From Camelus dromedarius (taxonomy: Eukaryota), in contig NC_087436.1 in the NCBI RefSeq assembly GCF_036321535.1, forward strand, positions 117,492,001 to 117,556,000: a DNA stretch of 64,000 nt, given 5' to 3'. The notes below the pieces were generated by a model that was given only the letters and a program-made list of their open reading frames with translations, was not told the origin of the DNA and made no database searches. Numbering within the stretch: position 1 is the first letter of the stretch; each line of letters starts with the position of its first letter. Of the stretch, positions 1 to 12,868 are shown one piece after another. Made by a program: the position numbers and the translations under genes.

Positions 1-3000
1 AAGGGCACCTCCAATCCTGCCGGCATCAGTCCTAGCTCAGAAATAGACAGCCAGCAAGAGACACGGGCAGGGCAGGATTTTCTTGGAAAAACCATGGTTG
101 CAGACCAGGAGGTCAGCTGTGAAGTCAGATTCAGGTGCAACTCCTGGTGTTCCCAATCATTCAGGGCACTGCAGTCCACAAAGCCGGGGCAGCGAGCACC
201 TACTGTCCCTGCCCTAAAGATGGGGGAGCCCAAGGTCCCACGGGTTTGCTGACCTGCACAGGGACGTGCAGCTGTGGGCGAGGCCCGAGGTCTCAGGGGC
301 GTGCCTGGCAGTGAACTTGATGCCTGGTAGTTGCACATGGATGGTCATTTCTTTCCATCTTCCCACTTGTCCTCTTTCTCATCCCCACTCCGGCTCTTTC
401 CAGCTCCTCCCTCCAGTATCCTGACCTCACCAACCCTTCAACCCCACTGGGACCCACGGTCCATTGGTCAGCTCATCTTTTCACAGCCTCTCGTGTCCCT
501 GTCCACCTCCTTCCCGGGCTAAGCCCCATGGGCCATCTTGCCATGATCTGCCCTCTGGCCTCTTTATCAAGCTTACCTGGTAAACCTCCACCTGCCCTCT
601 GCTCCTCTATGTCGGTCACTGAGCCAGGCTGGTGAGAAGCCATCCTCTGGTTTCTCCTGCAGCTCCTGGTGAGCCCTGGGTCTGTCCTGCCTCCCTCCTC
701 GTTCTCTGGACCCTGTGCTGTCCTGAATGACTGTCTCTGTCCTCACTGTGTTCTCCAGCCTCTCTACCTCCCCGCCTCCTCCCCCGCTCAGGACCTTGCT
801 TCCTATTTCTCTGCAGACGCAGAAGCAAACAGAAAGGATCCCTCAGCCTTCCCCCACACCTGCCAAATCCCTGTGCTTGTGCCTATAGATTGCACCCCCA
901 CCTACCTGCAGCCTCTCCCACCCCAGCCCACTCCCTCCAGCTTTGTTTTTCTCATTAGGACTTTCTACTGTCAAACCTACTATAGATTTCATTTGTTTCC
1001 CCACCAGGATGTACGCCCCCGAGGTTTTTGTCTCTTGTTCACTGCTCTGTCCCCAGTGCCTGGACAGTGCCTGGCATTTACTAGATCTTCAGTAAATAAC
1101 AGTCAAAGCAATGTTCTTTCAGTCAAAATAGTGGACCTCCTGGATTGATCCTCTAATTTCCTTTTCTCGCTGGCACCCTGTTCGAGCAGATGACTTCTGT
1201 CCCCACTACTCCACTGAAACCCTTTTTGCCCAGATCTCCACTGATGGCCCAGCGGTGGTTCTCGGTCCCCACCTCAGCTGACTCCTGGGCAGTGCTGATA
1301 GCTCAGCAGTGAAGTGACTCTTCCTCCGGGAGACAAGAGCCGGGGCCTCCTGGAGGCCCGCTCGTTCTGGGCTTCCCCTCACCTTGCTGACTGCTCATCT
1401 CAGCTTCCTGTTCCCCTCCTCATGCAGGAGTCGGGGTGCCCCAGAGCACAGGCCTGCAACCGGCCCCATCCTTGCTCTCCCTCGGCCGTCCCTCCCGAAC
1501 TTGTGTCTGCCCCAGGCCTCTCCCCAGACTCTAGAACCCCTCCCCTTACCTGAATGGCCAGCAGACATCTCAGACAGAACATTTTCAAAACCAAGCACCT
1601 CATCCTCTCCCCCGCTCTGGCCCACCTCATTAAATGGCAACCCCATTTGTCCAGTGGCTCAGACCAAACCCCTGAAGAGTTCCTGCCCCCATCAGTAAAC
1701 GTCTACAGTGTGCCTCCTGTCACCTGGGTTCTGCCCATGGCCCGAAGAGTGGGATGTGCCCAGGCGGAAGTAAATCTTGACGAGGACAGTAATGTGTTCT
1801 TGTAGAGGCAAAGTTTAGGGAAAAATGAAAACCAAAGCTTTTAAATGTGTATCTCCTGCCTCTTTCCTTTCTCCCTTTATTACTCTGCCCTAAAGCCTTA
1901 ACCTAAATAAGGCAAAGCTTAGAAGTGGTGAAAAGGAAGTGTGTGACTGTGCTCTTGGATGGAAGATTCTCTTGCAGTGGGCCACGCCTTGACTTTGTGG
2001 TGTGCACGTAGCATGGGCCATCTGCAGCAAGAGTATGAGTGCACACGTGTGTACATATGTGTGCGTGTGTGTGCGTGCGCGTGCACATCATTGACCCCGG
2101 AGTCAGGGCACCTGGACTGTGTTCTCAGCTCCATCACCAGCCAGCCGTGTGACAAATGCCCTCTACTCCCTGGACTTCAGTATCCTGACTGGACCAAGGT
2201 GTTCTCAGTCCTAGTGCTCTGTGAACATTCTCTGAGGATGACCCGTAATGAGGTTCCTGTAGAACTCTCCTGGGCCAAGAACTACCTTTCATTACAAAAT
2301 TGGGGTGCAGAAGCTAAGAGATTGGGCAGGTCTTCAGAAGAACCCCAGCATCTATGACTGTCTGAGCTGGAAGGGACCTTAGGAATTATATCCTGTTTCC
2401 GTGGGTCTCCACTTTCTGTGAGGTCAACGGGAAGGCTTGTTAACAAAGCAGATCTTTGGAAATTTAGCCCCTGTAGGTCAAGGCCACAGCTCCCCAGATG
2501 ATTCTGAGGCAGGTGATAGGACAGTAGCTGGGGACGCTCTGCTTTCTTCTGAATCCCTCGGTGGGTAGATGCCCTGAGATGGGAGGTGGTGACTTTCCCA
2601 GTAGCAAAGATGCATCGTGTTTCTCATGGGCCGGCACAATGGAAACAGAAGCGTCAACCCTTTTAAGCTCCGTGACACCCTGCTGGGTAGACCCTGTGAT
2701 TGTCCCCATTTACAGATAAGGAAGGTGACTCCCTGGGAGGTCAGGGAACTTGCCTCATTCCACCCAGCTGGGCGGTTGGGTCCCAAGGTCCCAGGTGAGT
2801 TGGTGGCCCCAGAGCCAGGATCAGACCAGGCCCAGAATGCAGGGCTCGCCTGGCAGGCGGTTGGTGGGTTTCTAGACAACCCGCGGCCGTGATATTTGTG
2901 AGTCATAAGTCGTCTACACTGGAGCTTATCCCACCCTCTTCTTTTTAATTTCTTCTTTTTTCTACATAACATGGACGATAGAGAAAGATCAGAAAATACA

Positions 3001-3519
3001 AATAAGTAAAAAGGAACAGTATTTCCATCCCAGAGGTGACGGTGATGAGAGTGATGCTGATAACTGTGATTCTCGTCCTGACAACAGCTGAGCCTGCTGC
3101 CCCCCTCCCCCACTGCCCCGGCCCTCCCCCCACACACCCCTACTTCACCAGCCAATGAGGTCAAGCACCACTTCCGTCGTTGTGTGTTCCCTTCCAGATA
3201 TTCTCCTCTGCAGTCAGAGACAAATACATTCAGAGAGCTCAACATTTATAAAATCAGCTCATAACCATACACACTTCTTTCTGCCTTTCTACAAAGCAAA
3301 TTGTCATAAACATCTCTCCTTGTCAAAAAATGTGTAGGTATCACCGCTTGGAATCCTCGTCTCATGTCCCGTCTCGCCCCCTGCAGTCCGATGCTGTTTG
3401 TGAGGGTCCAGCACAGTTCTGGGCGGATGGCAGGTGCCCTACCCAAAAAGCTCTCTTTTCCTTGAAATTACCAGGAAACCTACGGGCCACCGAGCTGTTT
3501 CGTGTCGGGTTTTCCTCCA

Positions 3520-3534
3520 GCCACCAGATGGCGG
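3520..3534 (+). promoter_or_regulatory. CTCF-binding motif
   Basis: GCCACCAGATGGCGG closely matches the CTCF core CCACCAGRKGGCRS and sits in a CpG-retaining unique patch. Confidence 0.6.
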
Positions 3535-3884
3535 TATAGTCCCCCGAAATAAGCGGAGACCGCGGCTGGGTGACCTCAGCCGCTAAGGCTGCCCCCAGAG
3601 GCTGCCTGGCCACTTTCCCCCACCTGAGCCACACCCCCCACGCCCCGCCCCTCAGCCCAAGCCTGCTGGCCAAGTAGCCTCCTCTTTCTTCAGTTTGCAG
3701 GAATGTGTCCCAGGAAGGGAAGTCACTTACTCATTTATTTTTAAACCTTGCCGAGTGCCGACAATGTCCCAGACTCCAGGGTTCAAGCGGCTGTGAGAGG
3801 AGACGCCACAAAACAGCTGGGTGACCTCGCCACGGTTCGCTGGGTTCTGGTGTTTACTCTGTACAAAGGGGCTTTGAAAATAGC

Positions 3885-4125
3885 TCTAACTCATGGGTGA
3901 CCCTGGAAGACACGATGCTGAGTGAAGGGAGCCAGACACAGGAGATTGCATGTGATACACGATTCCATTTGTATGAAATGCCCAGAAGAGACAAACCAGC
4001 AGACAAAGAAAGCAGATGAGTGGGTGGGGGGCGGGGGACAGGGGGCGGGATGGGAAGTGACTACTAATGAGTTTGGGGTTTCCACTTGGGATGATGAAAA
4101 GATTCTAAAACTAGACAGTGGTTGC
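3885..4125 (+). mobile_element. Old L1 (L1MB/MC-like) 3'UTR fragment
   Basis: atgctgagtgaaggg agccagacaca, gattccatttgtatgaaatg, gatgatgaaaagattctaaaactaga. Confidence 0.7.
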
Positions 4126-5097
4126 TAAGGACTGAATTATGTCTCCCTCCGGAAAAATGAGGCTATAACACTGGGGCCTGATCCCACAGAACTGTGTCCT
4201 TATAAGGGACACCGGAGGTCAACAGGAGGTAGGGACAGGGTTTCCCTTGCTCCTAAGTGGAGGCCTCGGTGAGTTCACCTGCAGGATGCCTGGAGGGGTG
4301 AATCAGACGCCCATCTGCTCTCCTTCCTTTGCCTTCAGGGCAAAAGCATCCCATCTCCTGGGCCCCAGGGCTGGCCTCGCCGTCTCTGCAGCCCTCTAAC
4401 CCAGCTGGGCCAGGATGTGCTGACAGAGGAGAGAAAGGACTTTTGAAAATCCCATCTCTCTAGCAAAACCCTGGCTCTCGGATCTATTGTCTTGCTGTGA
4501 GATTCATTCTGCATGCGGGGACCCAATAGTTCCTCGACCTCTGTCTTCGCTTCTTCTGTAATATTCCTGCTCTCACTCCACCCCCACCCACGGCAGATGG
4601 ATGCTTGGATCATCATGGAGGAAGTTTGAGTTCTTAGAGGAAAAAGAGAAGCAAAATGAATAATTTTCCAAACAGTACCCTTTATGGTTATACATAATGC
4701 AAACACGTAAACCTGACTCAGCCTGGCGCCCATAGGAATGCAAAATAATTCTCGTGGCCCCTGTCCTGTCCTGCAGAGGTTCAGCTGGCTTCTCCCCTGA
4801 TGCGAAAACCCAGCCCTGCCTCCATTTCACACCATTTCCATATTCCTGACCCAAAAGTGTGTCTGTTCTGTGAGTTCTCTGCTGAGCCAGTTACAACATC
4901 TGCCTGGTCCCCACCCTGATTAACTTGTTCAGTCAAATCTTTAACATATTCATTTTCATGTCTGTGTGAGAGGCAGAATTTTACCCCTTTTTTGGAAAAT
5001 TATTTCTAACAGAAAGCAAAGTTTGGTGCAGACATAGAATTTTCTCTTGTTTATTATTTAATTTATGCCTGAATTTGGTTTACTTCCAAATATAGAG

Positions 5098-5486
5098 TGT
5101 ATCCCTTTGCCAGGGCTGCCCAGACAAAGCACTGCAGACTGGGCGGCTGAAACAAGGGAGATTAATTTTCTCCCAGTCCTGGAGGCAGGGAGTCTGAGAT
5201 CGAGGTGTGGGCAGGGTTGGTTCCTTCTGAGGCCTCTCTCCTCGGCCTGTAGACGGCCGTCTTCTCCCTGTGTCCTCACAAGGTCGTCCCTCTGTGGTGT
5301 CTGTGTTCTGATCCCCACTTCTTATAAGGACACCGGTCATATTGGATCAGGGCCCACCGTTATGACCTCATTTTACCTCAATTACCTCTTTAAAGACTCT
5401 ATCTCCAAATACAGGTACATTCTGAGTTCTAGAGGTGAGCGCTTCAACATATGAATTTAGGGGGTGTCACCATTCAGTCCATAACA
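5098..5486 (-). mobile_element. MLT1 (ERVL-MaLR) solo LTR
   Basis: TG..CA ends, perfect 5-bp TSD TAGAG, and MLT1 motifs cttataaggacacc and atgacctcattttacct. Confidence 0.88.
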
Positions 5487-6324
5487 TAGAGCAAGACACA
5501 GGGCAGGCCAGAGTCCGTGGCACGGAGGGGCGGCCAGGGGACCCGGGGAAGGCAGCTGTGCCTGTGTCCCCAGGGCCTGCCGCCAGTAGTCTGCTGAGCA
5601 ACCCAGGTCTTGAATCTGCCTGTGATTCCGCGAGACCCCAGCAGCAAGGCCAGTGACAGACAAGGCCACCTGCTAAAGGAAGTTGGTCATTTCACTTTTG
5701 GCCCCTGAGATTGTCAAATTACCAGGTGATTTTACCAGGGCCCTTGGCAGTAGACCACCCAACCCTTCAACTGTAGGAAAAAAGACAGAGACAGTGGAAT
5801 AACAGCTTTGAGGGGAGACGCCGCTTCCTGCCGGCTGACCCGCTGCGGCTGGTTTGGCCTCAGGGTTTCCCAAGCGATCGTGTGTGTGGGCTGTTCACCT
5901 GCCATGTGGCTCACGAAGCCCATCCCACAGAGCTGGGGTTCCCCAAGGGTGCGGCCGGAGCCCTGCCTGCACGGCCGTAGACCCTGAGGGGGCTCCGTGA
6001 GACCCCCAGAGACTCCAGGGAGAACAGCATGAAAGCCAGTGGCCTTGGGGACACTGCGGGGAGTGTCACCGCATTTCCAGCCAGCTGGCCCCTGCACATC
6101 AACACAGCACAGTTCCATTATTTTGTTATTTATTAAGACTTGCTTTGCTCCAAGACTATAGAAAGACAAATAGATGTTTATATTTCTAAAATATCCAAGG
6201 AGACAAAGAGAAAATAGAGGCAGGGGATAACGTAAAACCAGGGTGTGTCTGTATGTTGCACACATGGGGTGTCGGGATGTGTGTAACATACAGCATGTCG
6301 TGCGTGGTATGTACGGTTGAGGCT

Positions 6325-6740
6325 TGTTGTGGACTGAATGTTCATGTGTGCCCCCTCATTCCGTATGGGGAACCCCCAGGACCTCAGGACGTGATGCTGT
6401 TTGGGAGTTGGGTCATTCAGGTATAATCGTACAAGTTAAGATGAGGTCATACTGGAGGAGGGTGGGGCCCTAACCCAGGATGACTGGCGTCCCTATAAAA
6501 GGAGAAATGGGGGCACAGACACAGGGAGAAGGCCATGTGATGATTACAGTCCTGCTACCACAGCCAAGAAAACAGGAGGGGAAGTCGGGAACAGACTCTT
6601 CCTCAGCACCTTCAGAGGGCCATCGCCCTGCCACCATCTTGATGTTGACTCTGGTCTCCAGAATTCTGAGGCAATAAATGTCTGTCATTTAAGCCCCTCA
6701 GCGGTGGTACTTAGTTATGGCGGCCCTAGCAAACTCTTAC
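6325..6740 (+). mobile_element. MLT1 solo LTR
   Basis: tgttgtggactgaatg start, aagatgaggtcatac, aataaatgtctgt, gccctagcaaact end. Confidence 0.85.
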
Positions 6741-6973
6741 TATAAAGAGTCCTGCCAGTTTACACACATGAGCTTTGCCTTCAGCCATGAGATTCCTGGT
6801 GGCCAAAGCAAAGAGGGAATCTGTTATTGGAATCTTAGCATTCCCTAAGGGCTCTGCTGACCACCTTAATAGAACTGATGGGTCCAGTGTGCTTACTGCA
6901 GTGCCGGACACCAGGTGGTGCTCAAAAATAAGTGTTACCTGGCCTTTTTATTTTTAATTTTTAAATTATTTTA

Positions 6974-7092
6974 GGGGGAGGGTATAGCTCAAGTGGTAGA
7001 GTGCATGCTTAGCATGCACAAGGTCCTGAGTTCAATCCCCAGTACCTCCTCTAAAATAAATAAATAGACTTAATTACCTCCCCACCAAAAAA
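6974..7092 (+). mobile_element. tRNA-Ala-derived SINE (Vic-1-like, camelid)
   Basis: GGGGAGGGTATAGCTCAAGTGGTAGAGTGCATGCTTAGCATGCAC..GAGTTCAATCCCCAGTACCTCC head, then an AAAT-rich spacer, TAATTACCTCCCC and an A-tail. Imperfect TSD tttaaatt(a)tttta. Two homologous copies occur elsewhere in the window. Confidence 0.85.
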
Positions 7093-7864
7093 TATTTTAA
7101 ATTTTTTAGCCACTGAAGTTCTTTTTCCATGAAATCATCACTTTGGGAAGCAGCAGACTAGAGTCTAAGTCTCCCTTCAGCTCTGTGGTTTTAAGATTTA
7201 CAGTCGTCTTGCAGCAGCTGGTGTTGGTTTTCATGGCAGAGGAATAGCTGGTATGGGAATCCACAGGCTCTGGGCTCGGCCCAAACCACAGGGCTTGGCC
7301 AGCCAGGCGCCGGCAGGGAGGAGCCCTGTTCCCAGGCATGCGACAGGCCATCCCAGGGTGTTTGCCACTGCTCGCCTGGACCTGCACTTTCTCACTGACC
7401 ACACTCCTCCCAGCACTGTGCTCCCGGCAGACATGGCTGACCAGACCAGCAGCACTAAAGAGGAAGGTCTTCTCAGCCCCCGGATGAAATAGTCCCTGTG
7501 TCCCTTCAGGAGTGAATGTCCTAGAATCCCATCACCTGTGTTCTGGGCCGCCAGGCTGTGCTCCTCTAGCCGTTATCTTTCCTCGTCACAGTCTGGCGGG
7601 TCTTTGAGCTGGTCTCTGAGCATCCATCTCTTGCTGGTACGTGCCCCTCCCCTGAGTGGACGGGTGGGGGTGCCTCACAGCCCCTGACACCATCATTCAC
7701 CCATTGATGCACCAGCAGCCCCGAGCCTCTGCTGGGCACAGACCCTTCTGGTGAAACAGGGCAGTGTCACCTCCTCACCCTCAGCCTCCCCACATGCATC
7801 CCCTGGTGCTTGGAGCTTAGTAAGTGCTCACAAATATTATTGATTTTGTCAAACAGAGAACAAA

Positions 7865-8632
7865 TCTGACCTTACACCCATTAGGAAGGTTACTAAGAAA
7901 AAAAAAAGAATGAAAATAACAAATGTCGGTAAGGATGTGAAGAAATTGAAACCCTTGTGCAATGTGGGTGGGAATGTAAAATGGGGCAACCTATGGAAAA
8001 CAGCACAGAGGCTCTGCAAATTTTTTTTTAATTTAAAATTTTAAAAATTAATTTAAATTAAGAATTTTAAGTTAACTTTTTAAAAAAATTAAAAATTAAC
8101 CCAGCAAACCCATGTGTGGGTATATAGCCAAAGAATTGAGAGTAGAAGAGACATCTGCCCATCCATGTTCACAGCAGCATCACTCACAGGAGTCAGTGGT
8201 GGAAACAGCCCAATTGTCCATCAACAGACAAATGAATGAACAAAATGTGGTCTAGATCTCACTACACGATGGAATATTATTCAGCCCTAAAAAGGAAGGG
8301 AATTCTGACACCTGCTACCACCAGAACGGACGCTAAGGGCATTATGCTGAGGGAAGTCAGCCAGCACAAAAGGACAAATACTGTCGGCTTCCACTAATAA
8401 TTTACAGGGGACCAGTTCAGAGAGACAGAAAGCAGAATGGTGGTTATCGGGGGCTCAGGAGCGGGGGAGATGATGGGGAGTTGCTTACTGAGGACAGAGT
8501 TTCAGTTTTGCAGTTTCCAGAGGCAGGCGGGTTTGTACAATGTGAGTGTACTTAACACAACTGAACTATGCACTTAAAAATGGCTAAGATGGTAAGTTTT
8601 CTGTTATGTGTTTTTACCACAATTTAAAAAAA
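7865..8632 (+). mobile_element. L1MB-like 3' end
   Basis: gaaaataacaaatgtcggtaaggatgtg, atggaatattattcagccctaaaaagg, terminal ttttaccacaatt plus A-tail. Confidence 0.85.
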
Positions 8633-11119
8633 GTAAGACAAGTACATCTAAAAAACAAGGGAACCAATCTGGACTTAGGTAAGGAGAGACTTTTTTGGAC
8701 AGGATCTTTGCAAGAGCGGGGAGGGACGATCACATTAGGGAAAAGGCTGGGACCACGAGCCAGGCAAGTCCCCCAGGGCCAGGCAGGGAAGGGCCCTTCC
8801 TCTACAGGGAGGCACCAGCGCAGCTGGGAAGAGCCCAGTGGACGGGGTGGAGGTGGAGTGATGGACAGTGGGTCAGAGGATGTCTTTCCTGCAAGTGTCC
8901 CTGTGAGGCTGTTAGGAGGCGTCATATGCTGGCCCAGGCCCAGGGCAGCCAGTGTTCAGGAGCCTGAGGGCAGGGGGAAAGCCTGACTAAGGTCTGGTCA
9001 AGTCGGATGAACAGTCACACCCAGGTCGGTCAGTGAGGACTAACAGTTCAGCTCATCTTTCATGAGCAAAGGATGGGAATTTGGAAGGAATGCCTCTGGC
9101 CTTGTCATGGGTAAATGGGGAGCATCTGTGAGGTGTATCTGAGTCCCGTGGGGAAGGTTGGTGCTTTGTAGTGAGCCGTCTTTGCAGAACACAAAAGGCT
9201 GAGGGGGTTTCTACAGAGCAGACCTTCAGTAAACACTCAGTCAATGAATGAATGAGTGAATGAATGAATGAATGAGTTGGCAGAGGGAGCAGGCACTAGG
9301 CACCACAGTGGTCTGGGGAGGCTGAGAGAGGGTGGGATCTGAAGTGGGTGTGATGGACACACAGGTGAGTGGTCACCTTGAAGGTCACAACTGCAAAGCA
9401 GGTACAAGGGGCAGGAGGGCAGAGAACCATTGATCATAAGAGCCGTGTGACGTGTGAGGCCCTGGGCAGTTCCGTCAGGACATCAGAAACCTCTCTAGCC
9501 ATTTCAAGCAGAAAAGACAAGGAACTGACTGCTTACAAAGCCAGAGGAGTGGATGGCAGGCCTGCTCCAACACCACCTCTTCCAGGACCCCTTTCTGTTT
9601 CCCATGCTGCTTTTCCCACCTTGGTTGCCATGAGGCTCTGGGACTCAATTTCCCTGAATGCAAAGACTGAGTCCCAACCTCTGCCAGTTGCAGCCAGAAG
9701 CCCCCTCAGCGTGCCGTTGAATGGGGCCCTCCAGTGGCCTCCTGGCCCTTCCTGTGAGTCCCTCAGAGGACACAGGGATGCAACCCGAGCTTTCCAAACA
9801 GGCCTCCCACCTGTACAAAGAAACTCAAGGGAAGCTGGACTCCAAGCCAGCTGTGCCCACAGGGACCAGCTTCCCCCCATCAGCCTGGCTCTTGTGGGGC
9901 TTGCGGGGAGGAAGGGTGGCCTGGGGCCGGCCAAAGACTTGGGGCCCTTCCTTGAGTCCGTGGTGGTGGCCAGGACCACGCTCAGGTCTCAAAACAGCTC
10001 CCCAGCCTCTCAGTTGGTCTCGGGTATGGATGGGGGATCAGAGGAAGTTCAGGGTGCCCACAGGGTGTCCCCACATCCTCCCTAAAGCCCAAGGTGGTAG
10101 CATGTGGCTGAGCTGGAGCTCTGTCACTCGGACCCCACTACGCCCACGTGGACCCCCCAGCTCCACAACCCTACTCCCTCCAGGCAGACAGTCCCTGCAG
10201 TTCCCAACTGCTCGTGGGCCACCCACGGACTGCTCATAGACCCCCCCCCACACACACACAGAGCCCACAGACCATCACGGACTGTCCGTACCCCCATAGG
10301 GCCTTACTGTCACCATCCCACAGGTCCCTCCTGCCCAGGCATGCCCGCCTCCCTCCCCTCTTCTCTGCCTCCCCTCAGCTGCTACCCCACCATTCAGCTC
10401 CTGCGGTAAACCCTCCCCACCCCTGCGCAGGGGACAGTTGCCTATGAGGCAACTAGTTTACTGAACAAGAGGCCCCGGTGAAGGGCAGTGGGAGCGAGTG
10501 TCTGCTTTCTCGTGTCTGCCCCTTTCCTCCTGGCCCCGGAAGTGATCCTGGCAGGTCCCGCAGCTTCCCCAGTGGCTCTCAGAGGCTGCTCAGAATACCA
10601 TTACCCAGCCAGTCCCGCCGGCTCTCAAGGCTTCAATCTGACATCTAATTTACAGGTTCCGCCGTCCTGGTTCTGGATGTGGAGCCACGCCCCCCAACTT
10701 CCCCACTGCTCCTCTCACCCTTTGCAGGCTCGGCCAGGCACCCCAGGGGGCCGTGTCTGGCTGCCCCAGCATGGGTGTCGGGTGTGCCGCAGAGATGGCA
10801 GGACGGTCTTCTGCAGCTGGCGGGGCTGGGGTGCGCTCTCAGCTGTGCGTGCCCTGGGCCATGGCAGACACAGGCCTGCGGCATCCTGTGCCCACTTGTG
10901 TGGCTTCTTTGGAACCTGCCCACCCCCACTACCCAAGTTACTGGAGCCCATGCTGCTGACAGCAGCCCCTCCAGCCCCGGCTCCCAGCAGGTACCTCCTC
11001 CCCGGCCCTGCACAGATGGGCGCTTCCTGGAGGCCCTGTGGTCGGCTCAGCAGCGCCCCAAGCCCTCCAGGTCCTCGTCCCTGGACCAGCAAATGCCGCC
11101 TTCTACAGCAGAAGGGACG

Positions 11120-11300
11120 TTGCAGGTGTGGTTCAGTTAAAGATCTTGAGAAGCGGAGGTCATCCTGGATTATCTGGCTCGGCCCTCCCTGTCATCACAA
11201 GGGCCTCTAGGAGAAGGAGGCAGAGGGAGCTTTGACATAAAAGAAGGAGGTGATGCCGTGACAGAAGCAAAGAGAAATTTGAAGCTGTCAGACGCCGCAG
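11120..11300 (+). mobile_element. MLT1 LTR fragment
   Basis: gggacgttgcaggtgtggtt..aagatcttgag..atcctggattatc motif series. Confidence 0.6.
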
Positions 11301-12451
11301 ACCCCGCCTTGTGACCAGGACACGGATCTCCCAGGGGTTGTGTTTCAGTGGAAGGAGACAAGTACGCAATTACCCAGGTATCTTCAGAGAACGGTAAATG
11401 CTAGGAAGGTGATATGGCGGGGCAGGATGTGACCCCCGCGGGGGGTGGGCAGAGCAGGGAGCTCGAATGAGACGAGAGAGAGGTCAGGGCTCCTCAGGAC
11501 TGAGCCCCTGGGCGTGCGTGCATGCGTGCGTGCGTTAGGCCCTCATGTACGTGTTAGCTAAATTCAGGTATGAGATCCAGGCGGGGGACACAGTGCAGGC
11601 TTGTCCCTAGGTTCTGGAACACTCCTGCAAGAATCCTGAGTGACTTCCTGCTTTTTCCAGTCTGGTACCTGTTCATTTGTTCATTCTTTACTCATCCATT
11701 CATTTAAGAGTTCTCTCTAGAACACTCCTGACCCACTTTGATCGGGTGCTAGGCATTGTGCCATCTGTCCCCTCATTTGAGCTCTGCAGCCCCACCCCGG
11801 TTCTCCGGGCCTGAGTTGGGCTACCCAGCACCCCCTGCAGGAGAGCCCCACCTGCTCAGGTGGGAGCCGCCCCCATCACCAGGGAAGGTGGGTCCCTAGG
11901 TGGTTCCCAGCCCCGCAGCCCCTACCCCTGAGTGGGAATCCCCTAGTCCAGGATGGGGGTCTGGGAACAGGCAGTCACAGCCCATTTCCAGGGTGAAAGT
12001 TTGGGAAAAACTGCGTTTCAATAGAGCTTCTCACACTTTGCCCTGCAGGCAGCTCCCTGGGGGGGCTGGTTCAATGAGATTCTGGTGCAGCAGCAGCTCA
12101 GGGAGGACCAGAAAGGAGGATGACATTTCCCGGGCAACCACGTGTGTCAGGCTGCTGTTGGTTTATCGTAGCCGCTGATCCCGACAACAGCCCTGCGGTG
12201 GACTTGTTAGTGTCCTCGATTTACAGGAGAGGAAACTGAGGCACGGGGCGGCTATGTAACCGGCCCAGGTCAGCCAGCTCCAAGTGGCAGGGCTGGGACT
12301 GAGCCCCAGCTCCCTGACGTCCACGCCAGGCTCTCCCCAGCCGTCCAGCGGGGCATGGCCTCTGAGCAGAGCACAGAGCTGGTGCTGCCCAGTGACCTGG
12401 CCCACGGCCACCTGCCATCCTGCCAGCTGTGCCTGCCCAGCCGGAGGCCCT

Positions 12452-12868
12452 GGGCTGCTTTCCTGCGGCTGCTGGGACAAATTACCACCAACCGCGGGCT
12501 TGAAACAACAGAAATCTATTCCCTTCCAGTCCCGGGGTCCAGAAATCCCAGGTCAAGGAGTCTCAGTGCCAGGCTCTGATGGCTCCAGGAGAGGGACCTT
12601 TCTGATCTCCTCCAGCCTCCAGGGGCTCCTTGGCTTTGGCTCATCGCCCTAAGCCCTGCCTCCGCCGTCACATGGCCTCTCCTCCGCGTCCGTCTCTGTG
12701 TCTCGCTCCTCTTCCTATAAGGATACCGGTCGTGTTGGCTTAGAGACACCCTACTCGGCATCGTCTCAGCCTAACTCACGGCATCGCCAAGCCCCTGTTT
12801 CCAATAAGGTCATATTCTGAGGATCCGGGTAGATGGGAATTTGGGGGGATGCTACGCAATCCCGTACA
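12452..12868 (-). mobile_element. MLT1 solo LTR
   Basis: acaaattaccac..aaacaacagaaat, cctataaggatacc, ccaataaggtcatattctgagg. Confidence 0.8.

Noticed and set aside
6974..7050. tRNA-Ala(AGC)-like sequence
   Set aside because: It continues into a SINE body and A-tail with TSD-like flanks, and two diverged copies occur in the window. It is a SINE, not a tRNA gene.
8018..8100. AT-only quasi-palindromic stretch
   Set aside because: A low-complexity expansion inside an L1 remnant. The self-complementarity is expected from composition alone.
9240..9276. (GAAT)n array
   Set aside because: A typical L2 tail microsatellite, not a CRISPR-like or functional array. No repeat-spacer arrays were seen anywhere in the window.
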